Positions 15,001 to 28,700 of a DNA stretch of 64,000 nucleotides are shown here, piece by piece. Position 1 is the stretch's first letter, and every line of letters begins with the position of its first letter. Position numbers and translations under genes: made by a program. Location: positions 6,262,001-6,326,000 of the forward strand of contig NC_134028.1 of the NCBI RefSeq assembly GCF_964204645.1, given 5' to 3'. The notes beneath the pieces were generated by a model. It saw nothing but the letters and a program-made list of their open reading frames with translations, searched no databases and was not told the origin of the DNA. Source of the stretch: Tubulanus polymorphus (taxonomy: Eukaryota > Animalia > Nemertea).

Positions 15001-16624
15001 TAAGTACGCTTTCAAGTGATTTGGTTGATACGAAATATCATTTTTCTGCGAAAGGAGTTTTGCCAATTTGGCACTGACCAAAACATGATTTTCTATTTGC
15101 AGTTTTCTGTCATGGCAACGGACTCTGGAAATCCAGCAAAAACTGCTACCGCGCAAGTTTGTTTTACTATCACTGGCGATAAGTTCACACCAGACTTTGG
15201 TAGGAATCCATACAATGTCACGATTAACGAAGATAAACCTTTGAATGAACTGGTTGAAAGAGTTACTGCTATCGACAATGATGTAGGAGTAAGTATGGCT
15301 CTCATAGCTGGTAAATAGTTGATAATCTGTTACTTCAAAATATATACGGTGACCGTTCGAAAGCAGGGCAGTTCATTTTTCAGGGAAAAAGACATTCTAA
15401 AAAGGGCATTCTTTAGGGCAAAATCCTCACTACACAAAATGCTTTAAGGGTACTGCTACTTTCCAGGAAAGATCTAGAAAAACATCCCGATATTCTAATA
15501 TTCTCGTCAAAATAGGCAGCGGATGTTCAATATTTGTTCTTTGAAATTTCAGAGCAACGTACGCTATTCGATAGTCGGAAATTATCCCGGACCATCGTTC
15601 TTCAACATTACTCCATCCACCGGCGAAATCAGAGTCGCTAACGACGTTCGCAATGATAATCTGAGGATGGGATCTTATCAGGTATAGACAAAAACCCGAT
15701 CCAGCATTCATCACCAAACCTGATGAGTGGTTAAGTTATCTTCAATCATCAACTTAATATTCTTAAGATATGACAGTTAGATATGATAGATATTATCTAA
15801 AGCAGTAATGCCGACCTCTCTACATATCATGAGATGTTAATCTGCAACTGTTTTCTTTTCAGCTTCGAGTGAAAGCATGCGATCCGGCTCATCCTGATAA
15901 TTGCGGGTTCACCAATGTCAACATCAACGTGAATCGTAACTTACATCAACCAGTCTTTACGCCTTCAACTTCTTATATCTCTTCTGTAAATGACACGATT
16001 CCAGTCGGCACCCCGATAGAAACGATCAGGGCAACCGATTCGGACAAAGGGGTATGTATCATCAACTTGTGAAGTTTTTGAACAAAAGTTCTTCTTATTC
16101 AGTATTTGTATCGGTGTTTTGTAACATTCTGTTTATCATTTCTAGGATAAGGTCACGTATAATATTTCTGGGGCGAGTCCCGGTAATTGCGTTGGTCATT
16201 TCCAGATCGACCCCGTCTCAGGACAAGTTATAAACAAAAACTTGCTGACAGGTCTTCCGAATCAGTGCTTGGTATGTATTTAGATTCTAAACCAGACTTG
16301 GGACAATGACTTTGTAAATAGTTGCCATATATTCAACAGGGTGGCCACATCCCTGGAAATCAGGGAAAAAGAGTTTTTCTTTTTAAAAGAAAAAGTCAGG
16401 GAATTTTGTAAAAAAAGGCTAAAAATCAGGGAAAAGTTGGGGATATTTGTTGAGATTGCTAGATTGTGCATAAACTTAAACAGTTCCTATCTATGTCTTA
16501 CATATTCGACTGTGTTGGTCGATTGAATTTAGCAGATCAGTCAGGAAAAACAACGTGCATTTCAGGAGAAAGTTAAATAATAGTGGCCACCCAGTTTAAG
16601 TCTTTAGCTTGCCTTAATACCCGG

Positions 16625-16713
<89 letters not shown>

Positions 16714-19700
16714 TATGTATATATATATATACCTAACCACAAATGTGTTTTATCCAACCCCTAATATGTATATGTTTGATTTTAGTTGACAGTCACTGCT
16801 ACGGATTCAAGAGGACGTAGTGGTAATGCTATACTGACCGTCAATATTCAACATGACTTGAATAAGCCTACATTCTCACCATCAACTACGGGCAGCAACA
16901 TCAACGAAAAAACCGGTCTACAAACTCAAGTTTGTAATGGACTTCTTGCAACTGATTTAGATCGTAAGGTTAGTTCAATCAAGTGTTGTCTGGTATATTC
17001 GGTCTAAGCACAGTAAGACAAACATCCAAACATGAAACATATTCTGTGTTTATGGATTTTGATGTTTAGTTTCCCCTTATTGTACACAGCATAACAAGAA
17101 ACAAACCTACAGCACCACTAGCGCTGAGAAAATTGATTATAGTTTCACATGATGATATCAAAATGGCAGTGATTTTGATCAGTCATGTGATCTGCTCATT
17201 GTCGCTGATTGGCGGTTATCGTGTGTTGGTGTTTCTGGTTCAACTACTCAGACATCGCACACTGCAATCAAAACGATGTACTGTAATGCAAATGTGAACC
17301 ATTGAGGCATTGGAACGTATTGAAGAATATTGTTTGTAAAAACTATATACTTTTTCCTTCCTCCACCCTCTCAGCACCGCACAAGGCATAATTGGCGTTA
17401 TTGATGTTTCTTTTTCCCACCTAATTGGAGAGAGATCAGAGAAGAACCTTCGACCAAGAGATTCTGTCGCCTCCAGGATTCGAACCCTGGATTGACGAGA
17501 CGAGCATATGTCACTATGCCTCTCAAAAACTCTGTAAAAACTGAATACCACACAACTAACCTGAACAGCAGACACTCATGAAGCATCCCTGCTAGATGTG
17601 ATACTTTATCTACTTGATGTGGTGCATCGTGACATACTGTTTTTTTTTGTATGTTTCAGGGACTGATTGTTTATGAACTTGTGGGCGATAACCAGGCTCA
17701 AATATTCTTCAGCATTGATCGTAACACCGGAATTATTCGTGTTGTGCGCGATCTGCAAACAGACGTCACCAGGCAGTTAACGTATTCAGTAAGTATTTGA
17801 GTACAATAATCTATAGAGAATGTTACTGATGACTACTATCTTCAGGAATAGTGATTATTCCTGAAGATGACTATTAGAGTATAGTCAAAACATTGGTTAA
17901 GATAATAGCTCAAGGAAACATTTTCGGAATTTATCTTACTTTCGTTAGTAGCGTGGGATTCTCTATAGATTAGATACCATAATGTGGATGTAGTGTTTTA
18001 TCAATGAGCTTTTTGAATACAACACTAAAAATATGTGTCAAGAATTACTGGACACAAAGCCAAACGTATCGAATGATAAAACTTGATCTCAGAACATCTT
18101 TGGAAATCTTTTCAGCTGAGGATCGCGGCTTATGACACGGTTTACCCGACGAATATCGGTTACGGAATTTGTACGGTTAACGTCGTACGAAACGCGAATC
18201 CTCCTCAGTTCGTTCAGACCCTGTACAGCGCTCGAGTCAACGACACCGAACCACCGGGAACGGTTCTCACGAAAGTTACCGCTACTGACCTTGATGGGGT
18301 GAGTAATTTTGTTGAAATATGCTTTCTGCATTCAATAATATTTATCGATTTTTGCTAATTGCTGTCGATATTTGGTACCATTTCAGGATAACATTACGTA
18401 CTCGATCAGAAGCTGTAACAATGGAAGAGATAACTTTTATATACATCCGACTGACGGTACAGTTTATCTTGTCAAAAAAGTCACCGTTCGAACTGTTAAT
18501 AGATTCACTGTAAGTTTTGTTTTTTGTGCAAATTTGTTTCAAGACTTTTAACCAATTCATTGCGCTGAATTTAATTCAAAGTAAACATTGTTAACCTATG
18601 AATTTCATTATTCTAAAGCTCGCTATTCATGGTCACTTTTTAAACCATTTCAAACTCTTGACAACTCCATCGATTCATCACCTTCTTTTAACCTTCGATA
18701 CATCGCACTGCGGTGTACACACACTAAAGCTGTATTATACAACACACCGGGGTGGAATTTTTAATTTTCAAATTATCTCCAGCATTTTTGGGTATTGATT
18801 AGTCTGCACTGAAGGGGTTAATGAGAATGATTGTAACTGTTTGCATCATCATGAAGAGATTGAAAGAATTTATACATAATGTTGGAACCCATTGAAGCAA
18901 ATGCTAGTAGTAGTAGTAGGTCTGGGCACCCACACTACACACACTCATTCGTAACTTCGAAAAGTAAAGTCGAATTTGTTTCAGTGTACGATCGACGCAA
19001 CTGATAGCGGAAACCCATCCCAAACTTCCACGGCAACCGTTGTGATTGACGTTTCGACGGTCGTGACAACGACGCTCGCTCCGAGGACTACAATCGTAAC
19101 GCTTCCTCCGGTATCGACGCATCCTCCGCCTCCAATCGCAACTAAACAGACGACTACTATGCCACCGAAATCAACCACAGAAGCCCCGAAGGCTCCGGTA
19201 TTCAACCCGAATTCCTACACGTTCCCGGTTAGAGAAACGGACGCTTTAAACCACCCCGCCGGTACTGTAACTTCTACTGTCAATAAGGTAAAAATCCGTT
19301 GAGGTATCTCAACCTTTTCACTCGCAGATCAATGTGCAAGCCCTGTGTACCACCAGATGGCGTTAGCTTATTTTTGATGATGCGTGTACTTGGCGATGCC
19401 TATACACCTGGGCTGGGTTTCATAGATACCCGTATGGAAAAAAAATAGTCCCTGGGAACATTTGTCAGTTATAACCATGGTTTCTCATTGTTACTATGGT
19501 GGTTGTCACCCAGATTGAGTAATTCTATCCTTAGGGATAACTTTGATACTCAGTCTATGAAACCGGGCCGAGGGTCCAGTTCCACAGTTCCGTGTTAAGA
19601 TTTTACTCTGAGTTAACTCATCGAAAATGAACTAACTTTTAACTCAGAGTTAACTCTAACTCACAACTGTGGAACTGGGCCCTCCATAAGAACTGTAATG

Positions 19701-22700
19701 AAAGCAGACAGTCTTCTGCTTATCAAAATACTAGGTATAACCAATCTACTAGGTATAGGATACACCATATTTCTTCTATCTGTTTCTAAGTTTATCATCA
19801 AGCTAAGGTCCCTAGTGCCTGAGTATGAGAAAGCCCTTTACTTGCTTTGAACCATTAGAGCATTCCTGGATAAACAATACATTTTGATCATTGTTAATGG
19901 CCTTTTATATGGTAATACACTGGATGATCCATATATATTTAGAATGAAATATGTTGCTTTACACAACTACTATTTGTATAGATTAAACTTTTGATTAACA
20001 ACATAGATGGCATAATACCATATGATGATTTTTGTCATGATTTTGTTGTTAAACTTTGATGAGTATTTGAATCATGGAATTATTACACTGGATTTCATTA
20101 TAGGGCTCTGTACGATACCGGATGGTTGGCGATGCACCGGGTATGGGAATGTTCGCGGTGAACCCTACCACCGGTCAGGTTTATATATCCGATCCTACTC
20201 TGCTTCGCAAGGACACACGAACAACATACAACGTAAGTCATTGAGAAATTAACTTCATCTTCAAAAATGGTATGGAAGTGACTTTATCATAGGCAGATGC
20301 AGCCTGTTATTCGCGATCCAGTTCCACAGTCGAGAGTTAATTCTGGGTTTTAATCAGTTCCTTTTCAATAAGTTAACTCTGAGTCAAATCTTAACTCACA
20401 ACTGCGGAACTGGGTCCTGAATTCCGCTGTAAGACATTATCATATGACCATAAGGTGGGGTTTGGGGGTCCGACCCCAGAAAATTTTAGAATTTTACCAC
20501 CTCCAGATGTCTTTTCCAAGTCAAATGATATAAATGCATTATTTTCCAGTTGAAAGTCGAAGGTTGTAATACTTTAGCTCCAGCGCAATGCATCGTGCAG
20601 CCCGTAACTATAACCGTCACTCGAAACATTAAGTCGCCCGCTTTCGGTCAACCCTCATACTCGACGAACGTCGGTCAAGTGTGTGAGAACAAAACCTTAG
20701 GAGATCCGCTTCTTAAAGTGACCGCTACCGACGCAGATGGGGTAAGCGCTTCTTGGTTTGTGTATAGTTCATTAAACTGAACGTAACTGAACGCGAGGGT
20801 CTAACTTGCGTACAAATGTTTTCTTTTTAGGATGCTGTTACTTACTCTCTGGCTGGAACACCGACTGTTTTACAATACGTAGCTCTGTTATCTGATGGAA
20901 CACTCATTCTTAAGAAGAGTTTAGATCAAACTGGCATAACTGCACTAAACGTAAATGCAACTTCAAACTCGGATCTCGCTCCTCGAATTTTCTTCCTTCT
21001 TTACGCTCGATATGTTCTGATAATCCTTTTTTCTCTCGGTTTTTAGTTCAACGTTGTAGCTAGCGATGGCCGAGGGAAGACCGCTACTGTGCCAGTCAAT
21101 ATTCCAGTGTGTCGGTTCACGCAACCTCCACGATATACGGGTACTATCGATCCATCTGTTTCGGTCGATGAAACTGCGCCACCTGGATTTTCTGTTACCA
21201 CTCTGACTGCAACGGATCCTGATCTTCAGGTACGCTTGAACTCACTGGACTCGAGTTTCTCCTTTACTTGGGGTTATTGGTCGGAGCATGGACTCCTAAA
21301 TTAAAACAAATCGTTTTTAGAGTCCATGTTCCCCATTCATTAAATCGTTTTCCCATGAATTGTGCTTCACTCCTGAATTGTGTTCTCCATCTCAGTCATT
21401 AGAACATTACAACTTAGAAATCTTCGTTTCAATGCGTTTTTTCTTAAATTCCTTTAATTCCTACGTTTTCAGGGAAAACTGCAGTACATAGTTCGAGGAA
21501 CTGGAACTGCACCAAGTTTCTTCAGCGTTGACCAAAATACCGGTGTTATCAAGGTCAGTTCGAATCTGAAAATGGAGACGAGTCCGAATCCGATTAAAGT
21601 GAGTATGGCGTATATCAAAATAAGAACATTTTCCAGAAAAATGGAAGCTTAGTTTATTTCAATGAATCGAACGGCTCTTTTACAGTTGTTGGTCGGGGTT
21701 TCTGACACGAAGAGACCAAATCAGGAAGTAACGTCAACCGTCACTATTAACATCAATCGAAATCTCAACGCGCCGACATTCAATCCGAAACTTTATCAGA
21801 AATCGATATCTGACCAAGTCGTCGTTTCGACTCCAATCGAGAAAGTGACCGCTACGGACCTCGACAATGTACGCGTTCGATATGATGAATTCAATTTTCA
21901 AATTCACTCGAAAGAAAGATTCGTTGACGATTTGTTTCTTTCTTATTTTCTCGCTAGGATGTACTTCGATACAGCATTACCGGCGACGCCCGCGCTCAGC
22001 AATATTTCTATATCGACGCGCAAACCGGACAAATCTACTCAAAACTGCCGTTAACGAACCTCGGCGGAAATAACATTTTTAACGTACGTATGTCCTTAGT
22101 TTAGAACTGTTGATTGATACGGTTTTTTTCATTTTGAATGTATCTTAAATGTCTGGTATAGAGTGCACATGACGATGAATGAGGGTGTATCTTTTTTATC
22201 ATAAACCAAATATATATACATTTCTACCTGTTGATACTGGGATAACTAAAGGTGATCTATTTCATAATGACTTAAAAAGTAAATATGGCTCTTTGTGATA
22301 GCTGGTCAATGTCCCGTGAAGTACTGGAGCGTATTCGTTAATAAGTTTTGAAAGGTTGTGTTTATTTCAGTTACGTGTAAGACTATATCGTAGGGGCCTT
22401 CATGTATAGGGGCCCTGGGAGCCTAAATGCATTTTAGTACTTCTGAGTGAAAGGACGAGGGATTGGGACTAGTTTAAGAGCATACTTTGGCTTTTCCTGA
22501 TTCTTCGCTTAATATCGTATCGTAATTACATATCCTTGTATCGATCTGTTATGCAAAATAAACTTTAACTTTGATCATTTCTAGACATCGAAGGAAAAAA
22601 AATTAAGAATTTAGAAAATATTTTTGAAATGAATTTACTCTCGATTACGAATTTTAGATTCAAGTCGGCGTCAGCGACCAACGCAATCCAGAAAAGAGGG

Positions 22701-25700
22701 ACACTGCTACTGTAACTGTTACCGTCAATCCAACGACTCCAGTTATCGATCAACCTCCGAGATTCGTACAGTCTAATAATTACTCGATTACTATCAATGA
22801 GAATGAGCCGGTCAATGGTCGCGTGTTACCTGTAACCGTACAGGCTAACGATCCAGATCTTAAGGTACTTCATTCGGGAATTTACATTTCGACAAATCCT
22901 CAGCCGTATCAGAAAAACGAGGGCCATATGAGGGTTCTCAATTTCTTCGAATTTGTAATGAATTCACATGCTGCGCATAAACAACAAGCTGTGTATAACC
23001 ACTGGCCAAGTGGATTACTTCTAGGCCTATTAGTCTACTGGTTAGCTCGGTTGCTTTCTACATTCGAGATCCGGGTTCAATCCGCGGTGAATGCACTTGT
23101 ATTAGCACTGTCACTTCCCTAATCGTTACACACAAATTGATTTTTTCAGCAAAGACTCGTGTATGAGTTGAAAGGAATATATCCGTCTGGCATTTTCTTC
23201 AGCGTCGACCCGAATAATGCCCAGATTCGCGTGATTCGTTCGTTGAAAAATGACCCGATGCAACTGAATCGATACGTGGTGAGTGCTGGTTTAAAAGACT
23301 TATGATTTTGATTTCAGATACGCTAATAGGAAATGAATAAGTTTTAGTTTTTTGTTTGCCTCATTTATAACTTTTGCCAATAAAGCCAACATTGCTCTTT
23401 CCATACTTCAAACAGGTCTAACCCAGCTGTCATCTGTTCCTGATTATCAGTATTTGTTGCTATTTTATTACGAGAAATACTGAAATAGTGATTTGTTGGA
23501 TGCATACAGAAAAATGAAATATGTAACTGAGGGTCTTACTGTTGATTACTGATTAATTTGAATATTCTCTTTCATAATTTAATGTAATTTTACTGAAGAA
23601 AATTCAATTTGTTACTGATAGCACTTATCAGAGGTTGGCAGCCCTGCAACCTTCTTTTGGTTATAGTTCAATCAAATAAAATAAAACTTCCTCTCTCTGT
23701 GAGATTCTTTCTGAGATTACCAGGTATTGTGCAATCACTCTAATTGATCTGACCGGTTCTTAGTCAATTTGCGTTCTTCAGCTTAAATCATGATCGATCA
23801 ATTCCGTTTATTCGTTAATAGCTGGAGATTCATGCTTATGACGCGCAATTCCCGAATAACCGCGCGAAAACATTCCTCATCGTAAATGTCAATCGCAACG
23901 TCAATCCGCCGCAATTTGGATCGGGACTGTATACGAAATCTATCCCAGAAACGTTCGAACTGGTGAAGGATGTTATCTGTGTAAATGCTACTGATTCTGA
24001 TGGGGTAAGTGATGAACACCGATTTTCACAGTTGTTTTATGGTTTGATATTTTCAAAATCATTTAGAAAATTCACATTTCAACTTGGAATGGGCCGATTT
24101 TGATTCAGTGTCGAAACTACATGTACTGTGAAACTGGAGTCAGTACTGCAGTTGTGAGAGTGTAGAGTGTAGTGTATAAGAGTCAAATATGCACATTTGC
24201 AATTATTTGAGCCTTGAGTTGAATTTAAACCCTGAACTGGGGAACTGGATCTGACATGTTACTGTACCTACTAGAGTCACCACATAAAGTCGAGTTGAAG
24301 TTAGTTGATTTGCAATCATTTGCAATTCCTTAAGTAAAATTCATACCCAGAACCTGTTACAACCTATTAAGATTGTAAGATGAGGGGCAGATTTAGGGGG
24401 TTGTCTCTGGGGGTCCTGACCCTTGCTTTCCCATTGAGGCGGCCCTTTGCATTAAGACATATTTCATTAAAGCCTGCTAAGAATTTAACGCTCATCCTCT
24501 TGGAAATTTCATTTTTGGATGTATTTTTTCTAAAGCATCTTATAACGAGGATGGGATCCCGCCAGTGGCCTTTCGCATGGCTGCTTTATCCGAGAAATAC
24601 CTTTTCGTTTCGACCCTGGTCTTCAGATTTTCCTAGATCCGCCCCCTGAAGATGTTGTTTACAATGTTGTTCGTCCTCATGGAATTGTTACTTGTTTTCA
24701 ATTGCAGGATAGGATCACTTATTCATTGTCGCTGATTAGCCCAGCCAATACTTTAGATTATTTCTACGTCGACACGACCAACGGGTGCATCCGCTTGAAA
24801 AAATCGATGATGGGCACCGCCCCGACGAATCTCTACCAAATGAACATCATCGCCAGTGACAACCGCAATCCTGCGAAAACAGCGAGCGCTACGGCGAGGA
24901 TTACCATCACTAGAAACTCGCCGGTATTTTCGCTGCCGAACTATGCCAAAACTCTACCCGAGTCGCAACCGTTGGGCAACGTTCTGAATGTAACGGCGAC
25001 TGATGCGGATTTGAAAGGAACGATCGTCTACGAGGCGATCGGCGTCGCCCCCGCGACCGACTTTTTTAACGTCGATCGCAATACGGGTGATATACGTTTG
25101 ACCAAGGACCTGAAATCGGCCACGCAGAACACGCTTACGGTAAATAGAAATAGAACTATCTATCGCGAGTCGTTGGGCATATTTGAAAGTATTTTCAGCT
25201 AATTCTTCTAATGATTTACTGGCAGGGCGGTCACTGACGTGGAAAACTGCGGGAATCAGAAAAATCGAGAAAAAATTCATGGAATTTACAGGAACAATCG
25301 GGGAATTTGACCAATTTTTACCAAAATCCTGGAAAATTCAGGCAATTTGCATAATGCCATTGACCACATGTTCTTAATCAGTACGTGATTCAATGAATAA
25401 TGAATGAATTGTTACATTCTAAACCCAGAAATTTCTCTGATTCACTTTTGAATTTTGTGCAATCACATGGAAAAATCAGGGAAAACTCAGGGGATTTGTA
25501 AATGGGTGAAAAGTGGCGCCACCCTGTATATATCAAATATATATATATTTATATATAGTTTATTTTCATGAGAAATTATAACAAATGGTCATGCATAACA
25601 TTTCACATAAATAAATATGAATACAAGATGTAATAATATCTAGTGAAGTCATGTACGAAATCATGTACAGTTGTTCGAAACGTGACGAATTTGCAAACTT

Positions 25701-28700
25701 AAATTTCCTGCGTTATGTTTGACAGTTACGTATTCAAGCGTACGACACTTTGAATCCGTCCGACAAGAAAACGACCGACGTCGTATACACGATTACACGA
25801 CCTACGAATGCGAATTCTCCCCGATTCACCAGCCGAAGTCTGACGAAAACGATCGCCGAAGACGCGCAGCTCGCGACGAATATCATCGACGCAGTTGCGA
25901 ACGACGCTGATGGGGTAGGCATCGCAGAACTTTGAATATAGATACTCGCGCATGAACTTATTATGGATTTATATAGCACTTGTCTTGTGGAACCAACTGC
26001 CCTTAAGTATTAGACAAACTTCATCAGTTCAATGTTATAAGAAAAATTTGGAAAAATACTTTTTTAAGCAAAAAATTAATCTTAGTCACCTGTAAATTTT
26101 AACTCAATATCTATTCTCCAATTTTTTTTAGTTGCGCTATAAAAGGGAATGAATTATTATGATTGTTTACATTGGCTCATCATTGACATTTCCATTTCTT
26201 TATTGAACTATTCCAGGATATAGTCAGATACACCATAACTGGCAATACAGTCTGTCAAACATATCTATTGATGGATCCAGCTACTGGAAAAGTTACTTTG
26301 AAAGCTAGTCTTCTCGGAAAAGGCATTACTCAACTGAATGTAAGTGCAGTCATTGAACTTAGGATGTTTGAAGTGAAAATCCACAATATAAAGAAAAAAC
26401 TAGATAAGCATTTTACTCAATTCGATGTGCCATATCAGTTTTTGACAATGGCTCCATAGAATTAGGTCAAAATGTCAAATCTTCATCTATTTTCTTCTTC
26501 ATATTATTACGGGTGTTTACTTCAAATGATATTAGCCAGTAACTCGTGGAATGAAACCGATATTTAGGATGTGCGTAGGATCCACTTTGTTCTGAATTTT
26601 CTTAAATGTTCGTTTGTTTGAATCGTTTTCAGTGTCAACTGCGAGCGGGAGATCAACGTACTCCGGAGAAATTTGATACGATTCCGCTGACAGTGACGGT
26701 AACTGCGATCGCGCGATTCCCAATTCCGGCCTTGTCTCCGGCCGTCTATACGAAAGAAATTCCCGAGAATAAACAACTGAATACGAACGTGGTTAATGTC
26801 ATAGCGACGATTCCATCCGGAAAGGTACTGAATTTGATTTGCGTAAACCCTAGCAACTAAAAGCCCACTCACATCGACAAATTCGAGTGACTGATTGTAT
26901 CCAGCCAGTTCCTCGCATGCAATCAAAAAAGCCTTGCATCTAGACATCTCCAGTTACTTTGTCGATGTACACTAGCTAGGCTTAACTAATCTCCTCGATC
27001 GGGACAGATGATTATCAAGTTTAATTAGACTAGACTATTGTTTATTACCGTTATGAAATACGTTTTTTTTCCTCATTATTTTCAGGGAAGTCCGGTTTGT
27101 ACGGAAGTATCCTCACCCCCTGCTGCAGCATTGTTCAATGTGATCAGTCCATGCCAAGTTGTCGTCGCTCAGAATCTCGCAAACGATCGCTCTACGGATA
27201 AGTTCAATGTACGTAGCCTTTGCAAGTTCATTCTTGTCTGACTTAATTCGTGTCAAGTTAACTATGACATAGTATTGATAGTGTTATTGTATGTGATCAC
27301 TAATTATGATTATCTTGATGATTATGTTGTATTAGATTATCTTCATCTTTCTCATTTGCTTATTGTTAATACCATCGCTGTCATCATAATCATTTTGTGA
27401 ATCATCTTTCCTAATGCAATGGGCCTCCGCTCGAGTACAGCCTCCTGGCTTGCCCATTTTCCTTTCCAATTTATACAGATTGTCTGATGCTGTGTTCATA
27501 AAATTGTGTAAAAGTTTATTGTTGAAAGGAGATAGACACAAAGAAGTAGTGTTATTTTTAAGTTATTACAAAAAGGCAGAGTTTTTCAACGAGTGGGATG
27601 AAAAAATATTCATGCGTTATCTTTATCGCTTCAGCTTCAAGTCAAAGTTTGTAATTCGTTGGATCTGACGAAATGCGCTCTAGCAACGGTTTTCATCACG
27701 GTCAATCGTAATCTGAACCCGCCTGATTTCGGAAGCACCGACTTTGTTTTCACTATCAACGAAACCCAAGTACCTGGCAAAATAATCGGAAATGTTAAAG
27801 CCACTGACATGGATACGTGGGTAAGTATATGAATGAATGATGAAATATTTTTTTATACGGCGCAGTTGTAAAAGCTTTTCCACCGCGCTTTACATTCTAA
27901 AACTACAGGTTCAAAATCAATCAGTATAGGTGTTTATAAAAAGAAATGTTTTCAACCTGGATTTGAAAGCTTGGACAAATGGACACTCTTGTATGTTACG
28001 AGGTAGTTCATTGCACAGACGAATGGTCACTTACCTTGAAATTGGGGAAAAATAGGGAAAGTTAAGGAATTTTCCAGGGAATTTTTTCCAAAAGCTAAAA
28101 ATCAGTTGTGTGTATTGTGTGAATTTGCTAAATCACATGTAAAATCAGACAGTTTCCGTCTATGTCATTTGGTATTTGATAGTGTTGTTTGGATTCTCAG
28201 CAGATTAAGTCAGGGAAAACAATGTGCATGTCGGGGAGTAGTCAGAAAAAAGCAAGCAAAATAAAAGTGGCCACCCTCACAAACCAATGACTTTCCAATG
28301 TATCACAATTTTTATGATATCTTGTACTTCTAGGGGTGACACCATTATATGAGATATTCATACTTGACTTTCAGTTCTTCCATCATTGCCAATACATGAT
28401 CTTTCTCGTTCGCTGTTTGATTCTGCCGGTCTAATTCAAATTTTTATATCACTTGCAGCAAAAGTTGTCGTACAGCATTACAACCGATGCCACGTTGCAA
28501 GCATTCTTCTCGATAAATTCACTCACCGGTGATATCATCTTAGCCAAAAGTGTTATGCCTTCGGCGACTACCACCAGTCAATTCAGGGTAAGTATGCTTT
28601 TTTCGCATTTACGCCATCTTGATACTTTTGAAAGAGAAAAATGCTGCATTTTCACAATGATAACTGTGCCTTTTAGGGAACCGTGGCAGCTCAAGATGAT

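Noticed and set aside
16583-16789. YIYIYI ORF
   Set aside because: It is a translation of the (TA)n microsatellite.
23025-23095. Functional tRNA gene
   Set aside because: The acceptor and anticodon stems do not pair; kept only as a tRNA-derived relic.
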